Origin: Spirochaetota bacterium
GTDB taxonomy: Bacteria > Spirochaetota > UBA4802 > UB4802
Direction of reading: 5' to 3'
Length of the DNA: 64,000 nt
NCBI GenBank assembly: GCA_040756435.1
Contig: JBFLZD010000006.1
Coordinates: forward strand, 26,145 to 90,144
Shown here: one piece after another, positions 19,754-28,660 of the stretch
How the letters are laid out: the number at the start of each line of letters is the position of its first letter
Numbering within the stretch: the stretch's first letter is position 1
The notes under the pieces: model-generated
What the model saw: only the letters and a program-made list of their open reading frames with translations
Told to the model about the DNA's origin: nothing
Databases searched by the model: none
Program-made: the position numbers and the translations under genes

Positions 19754-20698
19754 ATGGTACCTACTGCATACCTGTTTGATCCTGTATATATGGACCATGA
19801 TACAGGATGGGGACATCCAGAAAGACCTGAGCGACTGGCAGCTATAGATCAGCGATTGCGTCAGCAGACATATTATAAATCCCTGATTAAGGTTGAACCA
19901 AAAATTGGAGCAAAGCGGTATATAGAACTGGTGCATTCTGCGGAATACATTGACCGCGTAAAGCAGGAGATAGAATCCGGCATACATTATTTAGATTCCA
20001 TGGATACAGCTGTATGCAAGCGTTCATATGAGGTTGCGCTATTTGCAGTAGGTGGTAGCCTCAACATGTGTGATACCATTATGTCGGGTGAAGCAATACG
20101 CGGCTTTTGTGCAGTTCGCCCTCCCGGTCATCATGCTGAGTATGATTATGCTGCAGGTTTTTGTATATTCAATAATATTGCAATTGCAGCTAAATATTTA
20201 CAGGTAGAGCATGGATTAAAAAAAATTGCGATAGTTGATTGGGATGTACACCATGGTAATGGAACACAGCATACCTTTGAGCGTGATAAAACCGTAATGT
20301 ACATCAGCACGCATCAGTATCCTCATTATCCTGGAACCGGTGCCCGCAGCGAACGGGGCAAAGGAGAGGGCGAAGGATATACACTGAATTTTCCAATGCC
20401 GGCAGGTAGTGGTGAACCTGAATATTTAGATGTCTTTAAAAATCAGATAGTTCCTGCATTAATAAAATTTGAACCTGATATTATCCTTATTTCAGCTGGT
20501 TTTGATGCACACAATGCCGACCCCTTATCATATATAGGGCTTACCTCTGAGTCATACTATAAATTTACTGTGCTGTTAAAACAGGTTGCCAATGAATTCA
20601 GTGGTGGCCGCATGATAGCATTCCTTGAGGGAGGATATGACCTGGAAGCACTGGCAAGTAGTGTGGATATGATGATGCGCGGATTTATAGAAGATTAA
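19754..20698 (+). CDS. histone deacetylase-family (class II/AcuC-like) deacetylase
   Basis: Motifs RPPGHHAE, DWDVHHGNGTQ, EGGY. Start is ATG 19754 (MVPTAYLFDP) or GTG 19748. Confidence 0.9.
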   Translation: MVPTAYLFDPVYMDHDTGWGHPERPERLAAIDQRLRQQTYYKSLIKVEPKIGAKRYIELVHSAEYIDRVKQEIESGIHYLDSMDTAVCKRSYEVALFAVGGSLNMCDTIMSGEAIRGFCAVRPPGHHAEYDYAAGFCIFNNIAIAAKYLQVEHGLKKIAIVDWDVHHGNGTQHTFERDKTVMYISTHQYPHYPGTGARSERGKGEGEGYTLNFPMPAGSGEPEYLDVFKNQIVPALIKFEPDIILISAGFDAHNADPLSYIGLTSESYYKFTVLLKQVANEFSGGRMIAFLEGGYDLEALASSVDMMMRGFIED

Positions 20699-21576
20699 TG
20701 TATATCTTTGTGTTCCTGTAAACTCACTCCTATCAGAGCCACTGTGATTAATAATCCGCCAATAATGATGTTTGTGGCAAATGAGTCATTGAAAAAATAT
20801 ATACCCATGCATGCTGCAATAAATATCCTGCTTGAAGATAGTATGGAACCACTTGTTGCATCAATGAACTTGAATCCTGCAGTAAAAAAAGCCTGTCCTA
20901 AATAGGCACTTAAGCCTGAAAGCAGCATATAAAAAAATGTGATACTATCGGGAATTGTAAATACCGGAATCATTGCAATGCCATTTATAACAAGCCCAAT
21001 GCTCATAAGATGGAATAAAATAATTGATGTACTATCATATTTTCGTGATTCACGAAGTGCTACTACAGCAATAGCAGAAATAATTGCTGAAAGAAATGAA
21101 TAAACATCACCAATATTGATGGTACTGTAATGAGGCAGTATCACCAGATAGGTGCCAGCCAGTGTTAGCATAAGATACAAAAAATTGATTTTTATAATGC
21201 GTTCCTTATTAAATAAAGGAGCAAGCACAAATACAAAAACAGGATATGTCATATTGAGCATATTTGCATTGGTAACTGTTGTATATTGGACTCCAACAAA
21301 AAAAAGTATTGCTGCTACGGTGTTTGATACAGCACGGGTAAGCACCAGGGGTATATTATTAGGGCGAATGCTCATTTTATGGATGACAATATACCCTGAA
21401 GAGATAATAAATCCAATGAGGAACCTTACAAAGGATACCTCTATACCATGAATGGGGGATGTACTGGTAATATATTTTGCAAACACGGTTGATAAAGAAA
21501 ACGTAACTGCAGAAAGAAGTACATACAGAATACCTTTTGTACGAGGTGTAATCATTATATGAATTCCATTATTCAA
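20695..21576 (-). CDS. DMT superfamily (EamA-like) transporter
   Basis: About 10 predicted TM helices in two EamA-like halves; 293 aa. Confidence 0.8.
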   Translation of the reverse strand: MNNGIHIMITPRTKGILYVLLSAVTFSLSTVFAKYITSTSPIHGIEVSFVRFLIGFIISSGYIVIHKMSIRPNNIPLVLTRAVSNTVAAILFFVGVQYTTVTNANMLNMTYPVFVFVLAPLFNKERIIKINFLYLMLTLAGTYLVILPHYSTINIGDVYSFLSAIISAIAVVALRESRKYDSTSIILFHLMSIGLVINGIAMIPVFTIPDSITFFYMLLSGLSAYLGQAFFTAGFKFIDATSGSILSSSRIFIAACMGIYFFNDSFATNIIIGGLLITVALIGVSLQEHKDIH

Positions 21577-21783
21577 GTATGTATGCTAATTAAAAAAAAT
21601 ATTAACTAAAATTTACATATAAGATTATGAAAATCTATTAAAAATATATAGTAGCACATAATAACAGATATGTTGGTAAATCATAGTAAAAATTTTTTAT
21701 TATTAATTCTGTAAAAAAAGTTGTAATATAAAGTGGTAATGTGATAAAATCTAAACATAACAGTGTTATGTTTAGGAGGCTCT

Positions 21784-23802
21784 ATGTATCAACTTCTTTT
21801 CACACCTATAACCATTAATACATTGGAAATCAAAAACAGGATTGCTTACCCTGCTTTAGGGTTAATGTATTCATACGATGGTACTTTGAATGATCGATAC
21901 TATGAATATTTCAGAGAAAAAGCAAAAGGGGGAGCTGGTCTTGTTACTGTGGGCCCGGTTGGGATAGATATTGCAGGATCTGGCAGAGTTGCTTTATCAC
22001 TGGCATCAGATGAAAGGATTCCTGATTTTGCAAAATTAGCACAGATTATAAAAAGTGAAGGAGCGCGAACGTTTGTACAACTGTTCCATGCTGGGGCATA
22101 TTCGTATTCAATGCTCACTGATGGCGTTCAGCCTATTGCCCCTTCAGCGGTCTATTCAAAATACTCAAAGCAAACACCCAGAGAAATGACACTGGAGGAC
22201 ATCGAAATTGTCCAGAAAGCATACGTTGATGCTGCGCTGCGTGTAAAGGAAGCGGGCTTTGATGGCGTTGAGATTATTGCTTCGGCAGGGTATCTCATTA
22301 CACAGTTTCTATCGCCCATAACTAATAAACGAACAGACAAATATGGTGGATCATTTGAAAACAGGGTACGCTTCCCAAGAGAGGTGATTGAGAAGGTGCG
22401 TCAGGCAGTTGGCAAAGATTTCCCAATCAGCATACGGATGGCAGGCCATGATTTTGTTCCGGGAAGCAACACAAGCAAAGAAACACCGTTGTTTGCTAAG
22501 GTATATGAAGAAGCAGGTGTGGATATTATTAATGTTACGGGTGGGTGGCATGAAGCTAAGGTTCCACAGCTTCCCATGGAATTACCGCGTGGAGGGTATG
22601 CGTATTTAGCTGCCAATATTAAAAAAGCAGTGAATGTGCCTGTTATGGCTTCCAACAGAATAAGCTCACCGGCTGAAGCTGAAAAGATACTTCGCGACAG
22701 CATGGCTGATATGGTTAACTTAGGAAGAGTACTGATTGCTGATCCGTACTGGCCAAAGAAAGCTATGCAGGGAAAAGCAAAGCTTATAAGGCCATGTGTG
22801 GGTTGTAATCAGGGTTGTACTGATACATTGTTCAGTGGCATGCCGGTAGGATGTATTCTAAACGCTCGTGCAGGGTATGAGTTTGAACGCTCTTTAGCAA
22901 AAACTTCTCATCCGTTGAAGATTATGGTTGTGGGTGCAGGACCTGCAGGACTTGAAGCAGCAGTACGGGCAAAAGAGGCAGGGCATGAAGTAGAAATTTA
23001 TGAGAAAGAACATGAAATTGGTGGCCAGTTATATATAGCTGCTGCACCACCACATAAACATGAATTACTTGAGATTATACGCTACTATAAAGCAATGATA
23101 GAAGAATATTCAATTCCGGTACATTTGAATACAGCGGTAACAATTGATATTATAAACAAAAAGAAGCCTGATCATGTAATAGTTGCTACAGGTGCTGAAG
23201 CGCTGAAGCCCCCCATCAAGGGCATAGATAATCCACATGTATATTCAGCCTGGGACGTTTTGCGTGATAATCCCAAATTGGGGCGCAATGTTGCAGTGAT
23301 AGGCGGAGGTGCTGTTGGTATAGAAACAGCATTGTTTATTGCAAATAAGGGTACATTGTCACCTGAAGCACTGCATTTTTTGATGTTTTTTGAAGCAGAA
23401 CCAGTGGAACGATTGAAAGAATTAATAACACAGGGCACCAGTACTGTCACCATTATTGAGATGCTTCCTTCTATTGGTAAGGATGTTGGCAGGTCGACAA
23501 AGTGGATATTGAAATTGGAATTGGAAAAATTTGGTGTTAATGTGATTACATCTGCCAGGGTTACTGAGATTACGGATAAAGCTGTAGTTTTTTCAAGGGA
23601 TAATACTGTAATAGCACAGGAATTTGATAATGTGGTTATTGCAGTAGGCTCAAGGCCGGTTAATCCGCTGGGGAATGAATTGCAAAAAGCTGGTATTGCG
23701 CACACGATCATTGGCGATTGCAAAAAGATAGGAAAAATAAATGATGCCATTCATGAAGCATTTTTAGCGATAGCTAACTTGCAACAGATGGCAAAGGTAT
23801 AA
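21784..23802 (+). CDS. 2,4-dienoyl-CoA reductase/enoate reductase family flavoprotein
   Basis: N-terminal OYE TIM barrel, 4Fe-4S motif RPCVGCNQGC, then VVGAGPAGLEAA and VIGGGAVGIE dinucleotide folds. Start is ATG 21784 after TAGGAGG. Confidence 0.88.
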   Translation: MYQLLFTPITINTLEIKNRIAYPALGLMYSYDGTLNDRYYEYFREKAKGGAGLVTVGPVGIDIAGSGRVALSLASDERIPDFAKLAQIIKSEGARTFVQLFHAGAYSYSMLTDGVQPIAPSAVYSKYSKQTPREMTLEDIEIVQKAYVDAALRVKEAGFDGVEIIASAGYLITQFLSPITNKRTDKYGGSFENRVRFPREVIEKVRQAVGKDFPISIRMAGHDFVPGSNTSKETPLFAKVYEEAGVDIINVTGGWHEAKVPQLPMELPRGGYAYLAANIKKAVNVPVMASNRISSPAEAEKILRDSMADMVNLGRVLIADPYWPKKAMQGKAKLIRPCVGCNQGCTDTLFSGMPVGCILNARAGYEFERSLAKTSHPLKIMVVGAGPAGLEAAVRAKEAGHEVEIYEKEHEIGGQLYIAAAPPHKHELLEIIRYYKAMIEEYSIPVHLNTAVTIDIINKKKPDHVIVATGAEALKPPIKGIDNPHVYSAWDVLRDNPKLGRNVAVIGGGAVGIETALFIANKGTLSPEALHFLMFFEAEPVERLKELITQGTSTVTIIEMLPSIGKDVGRSTKWILKLELEKFGVNVITSARVTEITDKAVVFSRDNTVIAQEFDNVVIAVGSRPVNPLGNELQKAGIAHTIIGDCKKIGKINDAIHEAFLAIANLQQMAKV

Positions 23803-23814
23803 CAGTAGATAAAA

Positions 23815-24044
23815 AATGAGGTGTCCCAAAAGACACCTCATTGCAATTACGTTACAACCGCGTCATTGCGAGGAATGAAATGACGAAGCAATCCCATAGT
23901 TGCGAGCGCCGCAGGCGCGTAGCAATCTCATCTTCTGCGGCATTAAGATTGCTTTGCTTCGACAAGCTCAGCACTGGCGCTACGCTCGCAATAACATTGC
24001 ACTCACATTATTGTGAACCCCACGGTTTGTTTTGAGACGTCCCC
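23815..24044. repeat. structured intergenic repeat element, long copy with a nested GC-rich palindromic insert
   Basis: The 5' arm AATGAGGTGTC-CCAAAA-GACACCTCATT is itself an 11-bp hairpin. The 3' arm is GTTTGTTTTGAGACGTCCCC. Both arms are homologous to the element at 32404..32482. The interior (23851..23995) is GC-rich and carries TTGCGAG...GCAATC modules. Confidence 0.75.
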
Positions 24045-24050
24045 TTTCTG

Positions 24051-25859
24051 TCATTCACCCTTATCATCCTTATACATTGCATCAATGATATCTTTATACT
24101 TTTCAGCAATAACTTTGCGTTTAAGTTTTAAGGTTGGAGTTATCTCGCCTGATTCAACGGTAAATTCCTGAGGAAGAAGGGTAAATTTTTTGATCTTTTC
24201 AAACCGTGCAAATTCTTTCTGCGCTTCTTCTATTCGCTGCCGGTAAAATTCAATGATCTCAGGTTTTGAGATTAGGTCTTCTTTACTTGTATACGATATA
24301 TTATGGGCTTTTGCATATTCTTCCAGTGCCAGGAATGAAGGTACCACCAATGCAGTAACATACTTTCGCTGATCACCAATGACCGCTATCTGTTCAATGA
24401 AATGGTCGGCACCAATGGTGCTTTCTATCATCTGAGGAGCGATGTATTTCCCGCCTGATGTTTTCATGAGGTCTTTAATTCGCTCAGTAATTCTGAGTTC
24501 ACCATTTTCTTCAAAGAATCCGGCATCACCGGTTCTGAACCAGCCATCATGGGTAAGTACTTCAGCCGTTGCTTCTGGCTTTTTGTAATAGCCTTTCATG
24601 ACATTGCCGCCACGTACTAAAATTTCCCCGTTACTGGGATCAATCTTGACCTCTACATCAGGGAGAGGTTTGCCAACTGCACCAAATTTAAAATTATACT
24701 GTTCATGGCAGGTAACGGTTGCTGTGGTCTCGGTTAATCCATAGCCATAGCAAATAAATATGCCACAGGCATAGAAGAATTCTTCAATTTCCTGTGAAAG
24801 GGGAGCTCCTGCACAGGGGAAGAATTTTATTCTTCCACCTACAACATCCCGTATTTTTTTGAGTACAAGTGTGTCAGCTATTTTATATTTAAAACGCAGC
24901 AGTGGTGATATAAAAAGCTGGTCTTTCTTTTTGTTATTATGCTGTGCACCAACTTTGATAGCCCATTTGAAAAGTTTTTGTTTGGCTGGTGGAGCGCTTT
25001 CTAATCGGTTATAGACTGTTGCATAAATCTTTTCATAGAACCGTGGGACGGCACACATGATGGTAGGTTTGACTTCCTGAATGAATTCAACAATCTTTGC
25101 CGGGTCTTCCAAGTAATTATTGGTCATACCTTTTGCAAACACATAGTATGTCCATATACGTTCAAATACATGGCTTAATGGCAAAAATGCAAGTGATATA
25201 TCATTTTCATTTGGGTCAATCAGTCGTAAATCATGCTGCACTTTTTGAAAAAGAGCATTTGAGTGAGTTAGCATTACACCTTTGGGTTCACCGGTGGTAC
25301 CAGATGTATAAATTAATGTTAAAAGGTCATCCAATGTTCCTCTGCTCATCATTTCTTTGACTTCATTGTCTTTGGAGGACTGCTGCCCAATTTTCAAAAA
25401 ATCGCTGAAATACATTATTGTATCAGATTTTTGTATTGGTACTGTCTCTTTAAAGACGATAACCTTCTGCAAGAATTTATTATCAGGGAGTATCTGCATG
25501 ATTTTGGAGTATTGTTCTGCATCCCCCACAAATATAACTTTTATTTCTGCATGGTTGATGATGTATTCTGCCTGTTTTGCTGTGTTGGTTGCGTAAATAG
25601 GAACAGGAATTGCCCGTATACATAATGAACCAATGTCAGCAATAGACCATTGAGGCATATTTTGTGAAAATATTCCTACTGTTTCCTGTTCGCCAATACC
25701 ACATTCAATTAATGCTTTGCTGGTATTGTTTACCATATCACCAAATTGCTTCCAGGTAAATTCTACCCAGCTATCCTTTGGTTTATACCGCATTGCTACT
25801 CTGTTGCCGTATTTGTTAACCTGATCCCAGAATACCTGCGAATAATGTGTGTATCCCAT
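24051..25859 (-). CDS. long-chain fatty acid-CoA ligase (AMP-forming)
   Basis: AMP-binding motif LIYTSGTTGEPKGVMLTH, GYGLTET, TGD..., 602 aa. Confidence 0.9.
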   Translation of the reverse strand: MGYTHYSQVFWDQVNKYGNRVAMRYKPKDSWVEFTWKQFGDMVNNTSKALIECGIGEQETVGIFSQNMPQWSIADIGSLCIRAIPVPIYATNTAKQAEYIINHAEIKVIFVGDAEQYSKIMQILPDNKFLQKVIVFKETVPIQKSDTIMYFSDFLKIGQQSSKDNEVKEMMSRGTLDDLLTLIYTSGTTGEPKGVMLTHSNALFQKVQHDLRLIDPNENDISLAFLPLSHVFERIWTYYVFAKGMTNNYLEDPAKIVEFIQEVKPTIMCAVPRFYEKIYATVYNRLESAPPAKQKLFKWAIKVGAQHNNKKKDQLFISPLLRFKYKIADTLVLKKIRDVVGGRIKFFPCAGAPLSQEIEEFFYACGIFICYGYGLTETTATVTCHEQYNFKFGAVGKPLPDVEVKIDPSNGEILVRGGNVMKGYYKKPEATAEVLTHDGWFRTGDAGFFEENGELRITERIKDLMKTSGGKYIAPQMIESTIGADHFIEQIAVIGDQRKYVTALVVPSFLALEEYAKAHNISYTSKEDLISKPEIIEFYRQRIEEAQKEFARFEKIKKFTLLPQEFTVESGEITPTLKLKRKVIAEKYKDIIDAMYKDDKGE

Positions 25860-26284
25860 ACCTCTACCCCTTTTATATAAAATATTTTATAATGTATTAT
25901 AATTGGTTGTTCATTAAGATTTTAACATATAAATATTGTACTAAGTCAATAAAATTTTTTTGCTAATTGCTCTTCATTATTAAAAATTTTATTCATATAT
26001 GTTAGCATGACTCAACTTCATGAGATGATAGTAGTGTACAGGGTGTGTTATTTTATATACTAATTGAAGTTAAGAAATTAATTGAGTTTTGCAATTAAAT
26101 TATTGACATGAAATATTTTAAAATATATCTAAAAGGCTGTGAAAATAAATGTATACTGTTCAAGGAAGCATTGAAAATTGATTATCATGATGGGTTATGT
26201 ATTCGATAATCAAGTATGTATGAAAATATTATTTTTTTGATATCATGAATTGAATATTTTACTATATACAATCAGGAGATAGTT

Positions 26285-26737
26285 GTGAGTTCATTACTGG
26301 AGTTTACGGATACCAAGTTTATTAAGTTTTTAAAATCACAAAACAAATATAAGGCCATTGAAGAGCTTGCGGACGTATTCAAAGGCACCGATGTGTGCTC
26401 CGATATCAAAGCATTCATCAATGCATTGAAGGAGCGTGAAGAAATAATGACAACAGGCATTGGTTTTGGTATAGCGGTTCCGCATGCTAAACTGGAATCA
26501 GTTAATAAAATTGCATTTGCTATAGGTATTTCGAAAAAAGGGATTGACTTTAATTCTATTGATGGAAAGCCAGTACACCTGGTGGTACTGGTAGCTGCGG
26601 GTGAACGCCAGCATAAAGAGTATTTGAAGTTATTATCTAAAATAATGTCGGTTCTAAAAAACGATACAATACGCAATGAAATGATTCAGGCTAAAAGCAC
26701 TAAAAATATTATTGAAATACTTCGTAATGCTAAGTAA
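26285..26737 (+). CDS. PTS EIIA-2 (PtsN/EIIA-Ntr-like) domain protein
   Basis: 150 aa; GTG start after CAGGAGA; phosphorylatable-His motif GFGIAVPHAK. Confidence 0.8.
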   Translation: MSSLLEFTDTKFIKFLKSQNKYKAIEELADVFKGTDVCSDIKAFINALKEREEIMTTGIGFGIAVPHAKLESVNKIAFAIGISKKGIDFNSIDGKPVHLVVLVAAGERQHKEYLKLLSKIMSVLKNDTIRNEMIQAKSTKNIIEILRNAK

Positions 26738-26748
26738 TTTTTTGCCAC

Positions 26749-28512
26749 ATGAACAAAACACTATATATTCTCCAGTACTATTATGATAGTATAAAAAAAT
26801 TTTTCACTACCAGATATGACCTGAAAGAATACATATTACAGATTGGCATTTCGCTTGTCATTGGAACTGCTGCTGGCCTGGGTGCTATGGGGTTCCATAC
26901 TCTCATTGAGTGGATGCGTTTTGCAATCAATCCTTCGCATTTTTCACGCTACCTTGAAATTCCATCATTTGTTATGGCGATAGTTCCTGTTATTGGGGCG
27001 TTGATGATTATAGGCTTAACGCGATTATTCCCAAAGCAGGCGTCTGAACGAGGAGTTACCAGTGTTATAAAATCTGTCCTGTTGCAAAAAATCCCCATTC
27101 CACTTTTTACAACGTTGTTTCATTTGATAGCTTCTGCTGTGACATTGGGTACTGGTGCACCGCTGGGTCCTGAAGGGCCTTCTGCTAAAATTGGTGGTGG
27201 ACTTGGTTCATATATTTCATCACTTTTTCGTTTGAATATCCGTAAAATGACCACATATACCGTTGCAGGAGCTGGTGCTGCAATTTCTGCTATATTCAAT
27301 GCCCCTATAGCTGGCGTCTTTTTTGGGATAGAGGTAATATTGCTCAATGATTTAAAAAATGAGTCATTGAGTGCTCTGGTAATAGCATCTGTATCTGCGG
27401 ATATGGTTTCAAAAGCATATTTAGGAAATGTTGCATTGTTACAGATTCCCAAATTTCAGGTTAATACTCACGAGGTTCTGTATTTTATTCTACTAGCAAT
27501 AGTGTGTGGCATTGTTGCGCTTTTATTTATGGAACTATCGCACATAATAAAAAAATTTTATAGAAAAATAAGAAAGGATGACACAATTGCCATATTGTTA
27601 CCACTATCACTCCTATTTGCTGTTGCAGTTATGTTTTATACAGATATTTATGGCATTGGGTATGAATTAATCAATAAAGTCCTGGCAAAAGAATTTTCTG
27701 TAAATATTTTGCTTATATTGTTTGTATTAAAAATTATATTTATAGCACTATATTTTCAAACTGGAGCCTATGGCGGTTTATTTGCTCCATCATTATGTAT
27801 AGGCATACTGGTTGGTTATTTATTTGCATCACTGCTTTCTATATTTGGGGTAACACTTGATCCTGTTGCGTATGCACTCATAGGTATGGGTGGTATGCTT
27901 GCTGGTTTAAACTCAATACCAATTACTGCCATATTGATGGTATTTGAATTGACCAATGATTATAGAATTATTCTTCCTGTTATGCTTGCTACGGTGATAT
28001 CGCACCTGACTGTTACCTACTATAATAAAGGCACCATCTATGAATTAGAGTTGCTGGAAGAGGGCATTGATGTGCGCAAAAGCCGTATTAATGTTCTTGA
28101 ATCAGTTACTGTCCAGTCAATAGCAAGCAAGGATTTTCAGATAATTAATACAAAAGCACCACTCAAATTTGCAATGGATAAACTGATTGAAGTGGAAAGG
28201 CTTATTGTAGTTGATGATAATGGTGGCTATGCAGGGATATTATCATTAAATGAAGTCAGGCAGGCACTACTTTCCAGTGATGTGGTTGAATTGCTGATCT
28301 GTCAGGATATTGTATTACATGTTAATCCCTGCAGCGAGAGTGATTCCGCAGCGGAGGCGCTAAGACGAATGGATGAATATGGGATTGATTTTTTACCTGT
28401 AGTAAAAGAAAATAAGGTTACAGCTATTGTCCTGTATCGGGATATAATAAGTATGTACAATAAAATTATAGTACAGATTGAAGAAAAGCAGTATGGACAT
28501 TTTGGCTTATAA
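26749..28512 (+). CDS. ClC-family chloride channel/antiporter with C-terminal CBS pair
   Basis: Selectivity-filter motifs GTGAPLGPEGPS and GGLFAPS, multiple TM helices, C-terminal CBS domains. Confidence 0.9.
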   Translation: MNKTLYILQYYYDSIKKFFTTRYDLKEYILQIGISLVIGTAAGLGAMGFHTLIEWMRFAINPSHFSRYLEIPSFVMAIVPVIGALMIIGLTRLFPKQASERGVTSVIKSVLLQKIPIPLFTTLFHLIASAVTLGTGAPLGPEGPSAKIGGGLGSYISSLFRLNIRKMTTYTVAGAGAAISAIFNAPIAGVFFGIEVILLNDLKNESLSALVIASVSADMVSKAYLGNVALLQIPKFQVNTHEVLYFILLAIVCGIVALLFMELSHIIKKFYRKIRKDDTIAILLPLSLLFAVAVMFYTDIYGIGYELINKVLAKEFSVNILLILFVLKIIFIALYFQTGAYGGLFAPSLCIGILVGYLFASLLSIFGVTLDPVAYALIGMGGMLAGLNSIPITAILMVFELTNDYRIILPVMLATVISHLTVTYYNKGTIYELELLEEGIDVRKSRINVLESVTVQSIASKDFQIINTKAPLKFAMDKLIEVERLIVVDDNGGYAGILSLNEVRQALLSSDVVELLICQDIVLHVNPCSESDSAAEALRRMDEYGIDFLPVVKENKVTAIVLYRDIISMYNKIIVQIEEKQYGHFGL

Positions 28513-28660
28513 TATTTGTACGATAGTTACCTGTTAACAAAATACTTGACGATAAAACCTGTGTGAATAATGTGCATTTGTATTTTATTAATATATAGTG
28601 ATAGACTCTATTGATGTATTGGGTGCAACTGGTGTAAAATGTATTATTGGAGGATGATGT

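Noticed and set aside
23860-23995. Possible mini-CRISPR array, because of repeated TTGCGAG...GCAATC units
   Set aside because: The units differ in length, one is inverted, and spacers are only about 6-20 nt. No cas genes are present. The structure is nested palindromes, not direct repeats with spacers.
23841-24035. 64-aa ORF in the ORF track (MQLRYNRVIARNEMTKQSH...)
   Set aside because: It lies entirely inside the GC-rich palindromic repeat between two convergent genes and has no SD. Its sequence is just the translation of hairpin modules.
26178-26213. Inverted repeat TTGATTATC-N18-GATAATCAA upstream of the EIIA gene
   Set aside because: AT-rich 9-mers of this kind are expected by chance in a 425-nt AT-rich intergenic region. 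There is no second copy in the window.
28513-28660. T-box or other leader upstream of leuS
   Set aside because: The region is only 148 nt and AT-rich. It has no specifier-loop/T-box consensus and no terminator/antiterminator pair that I could fold.
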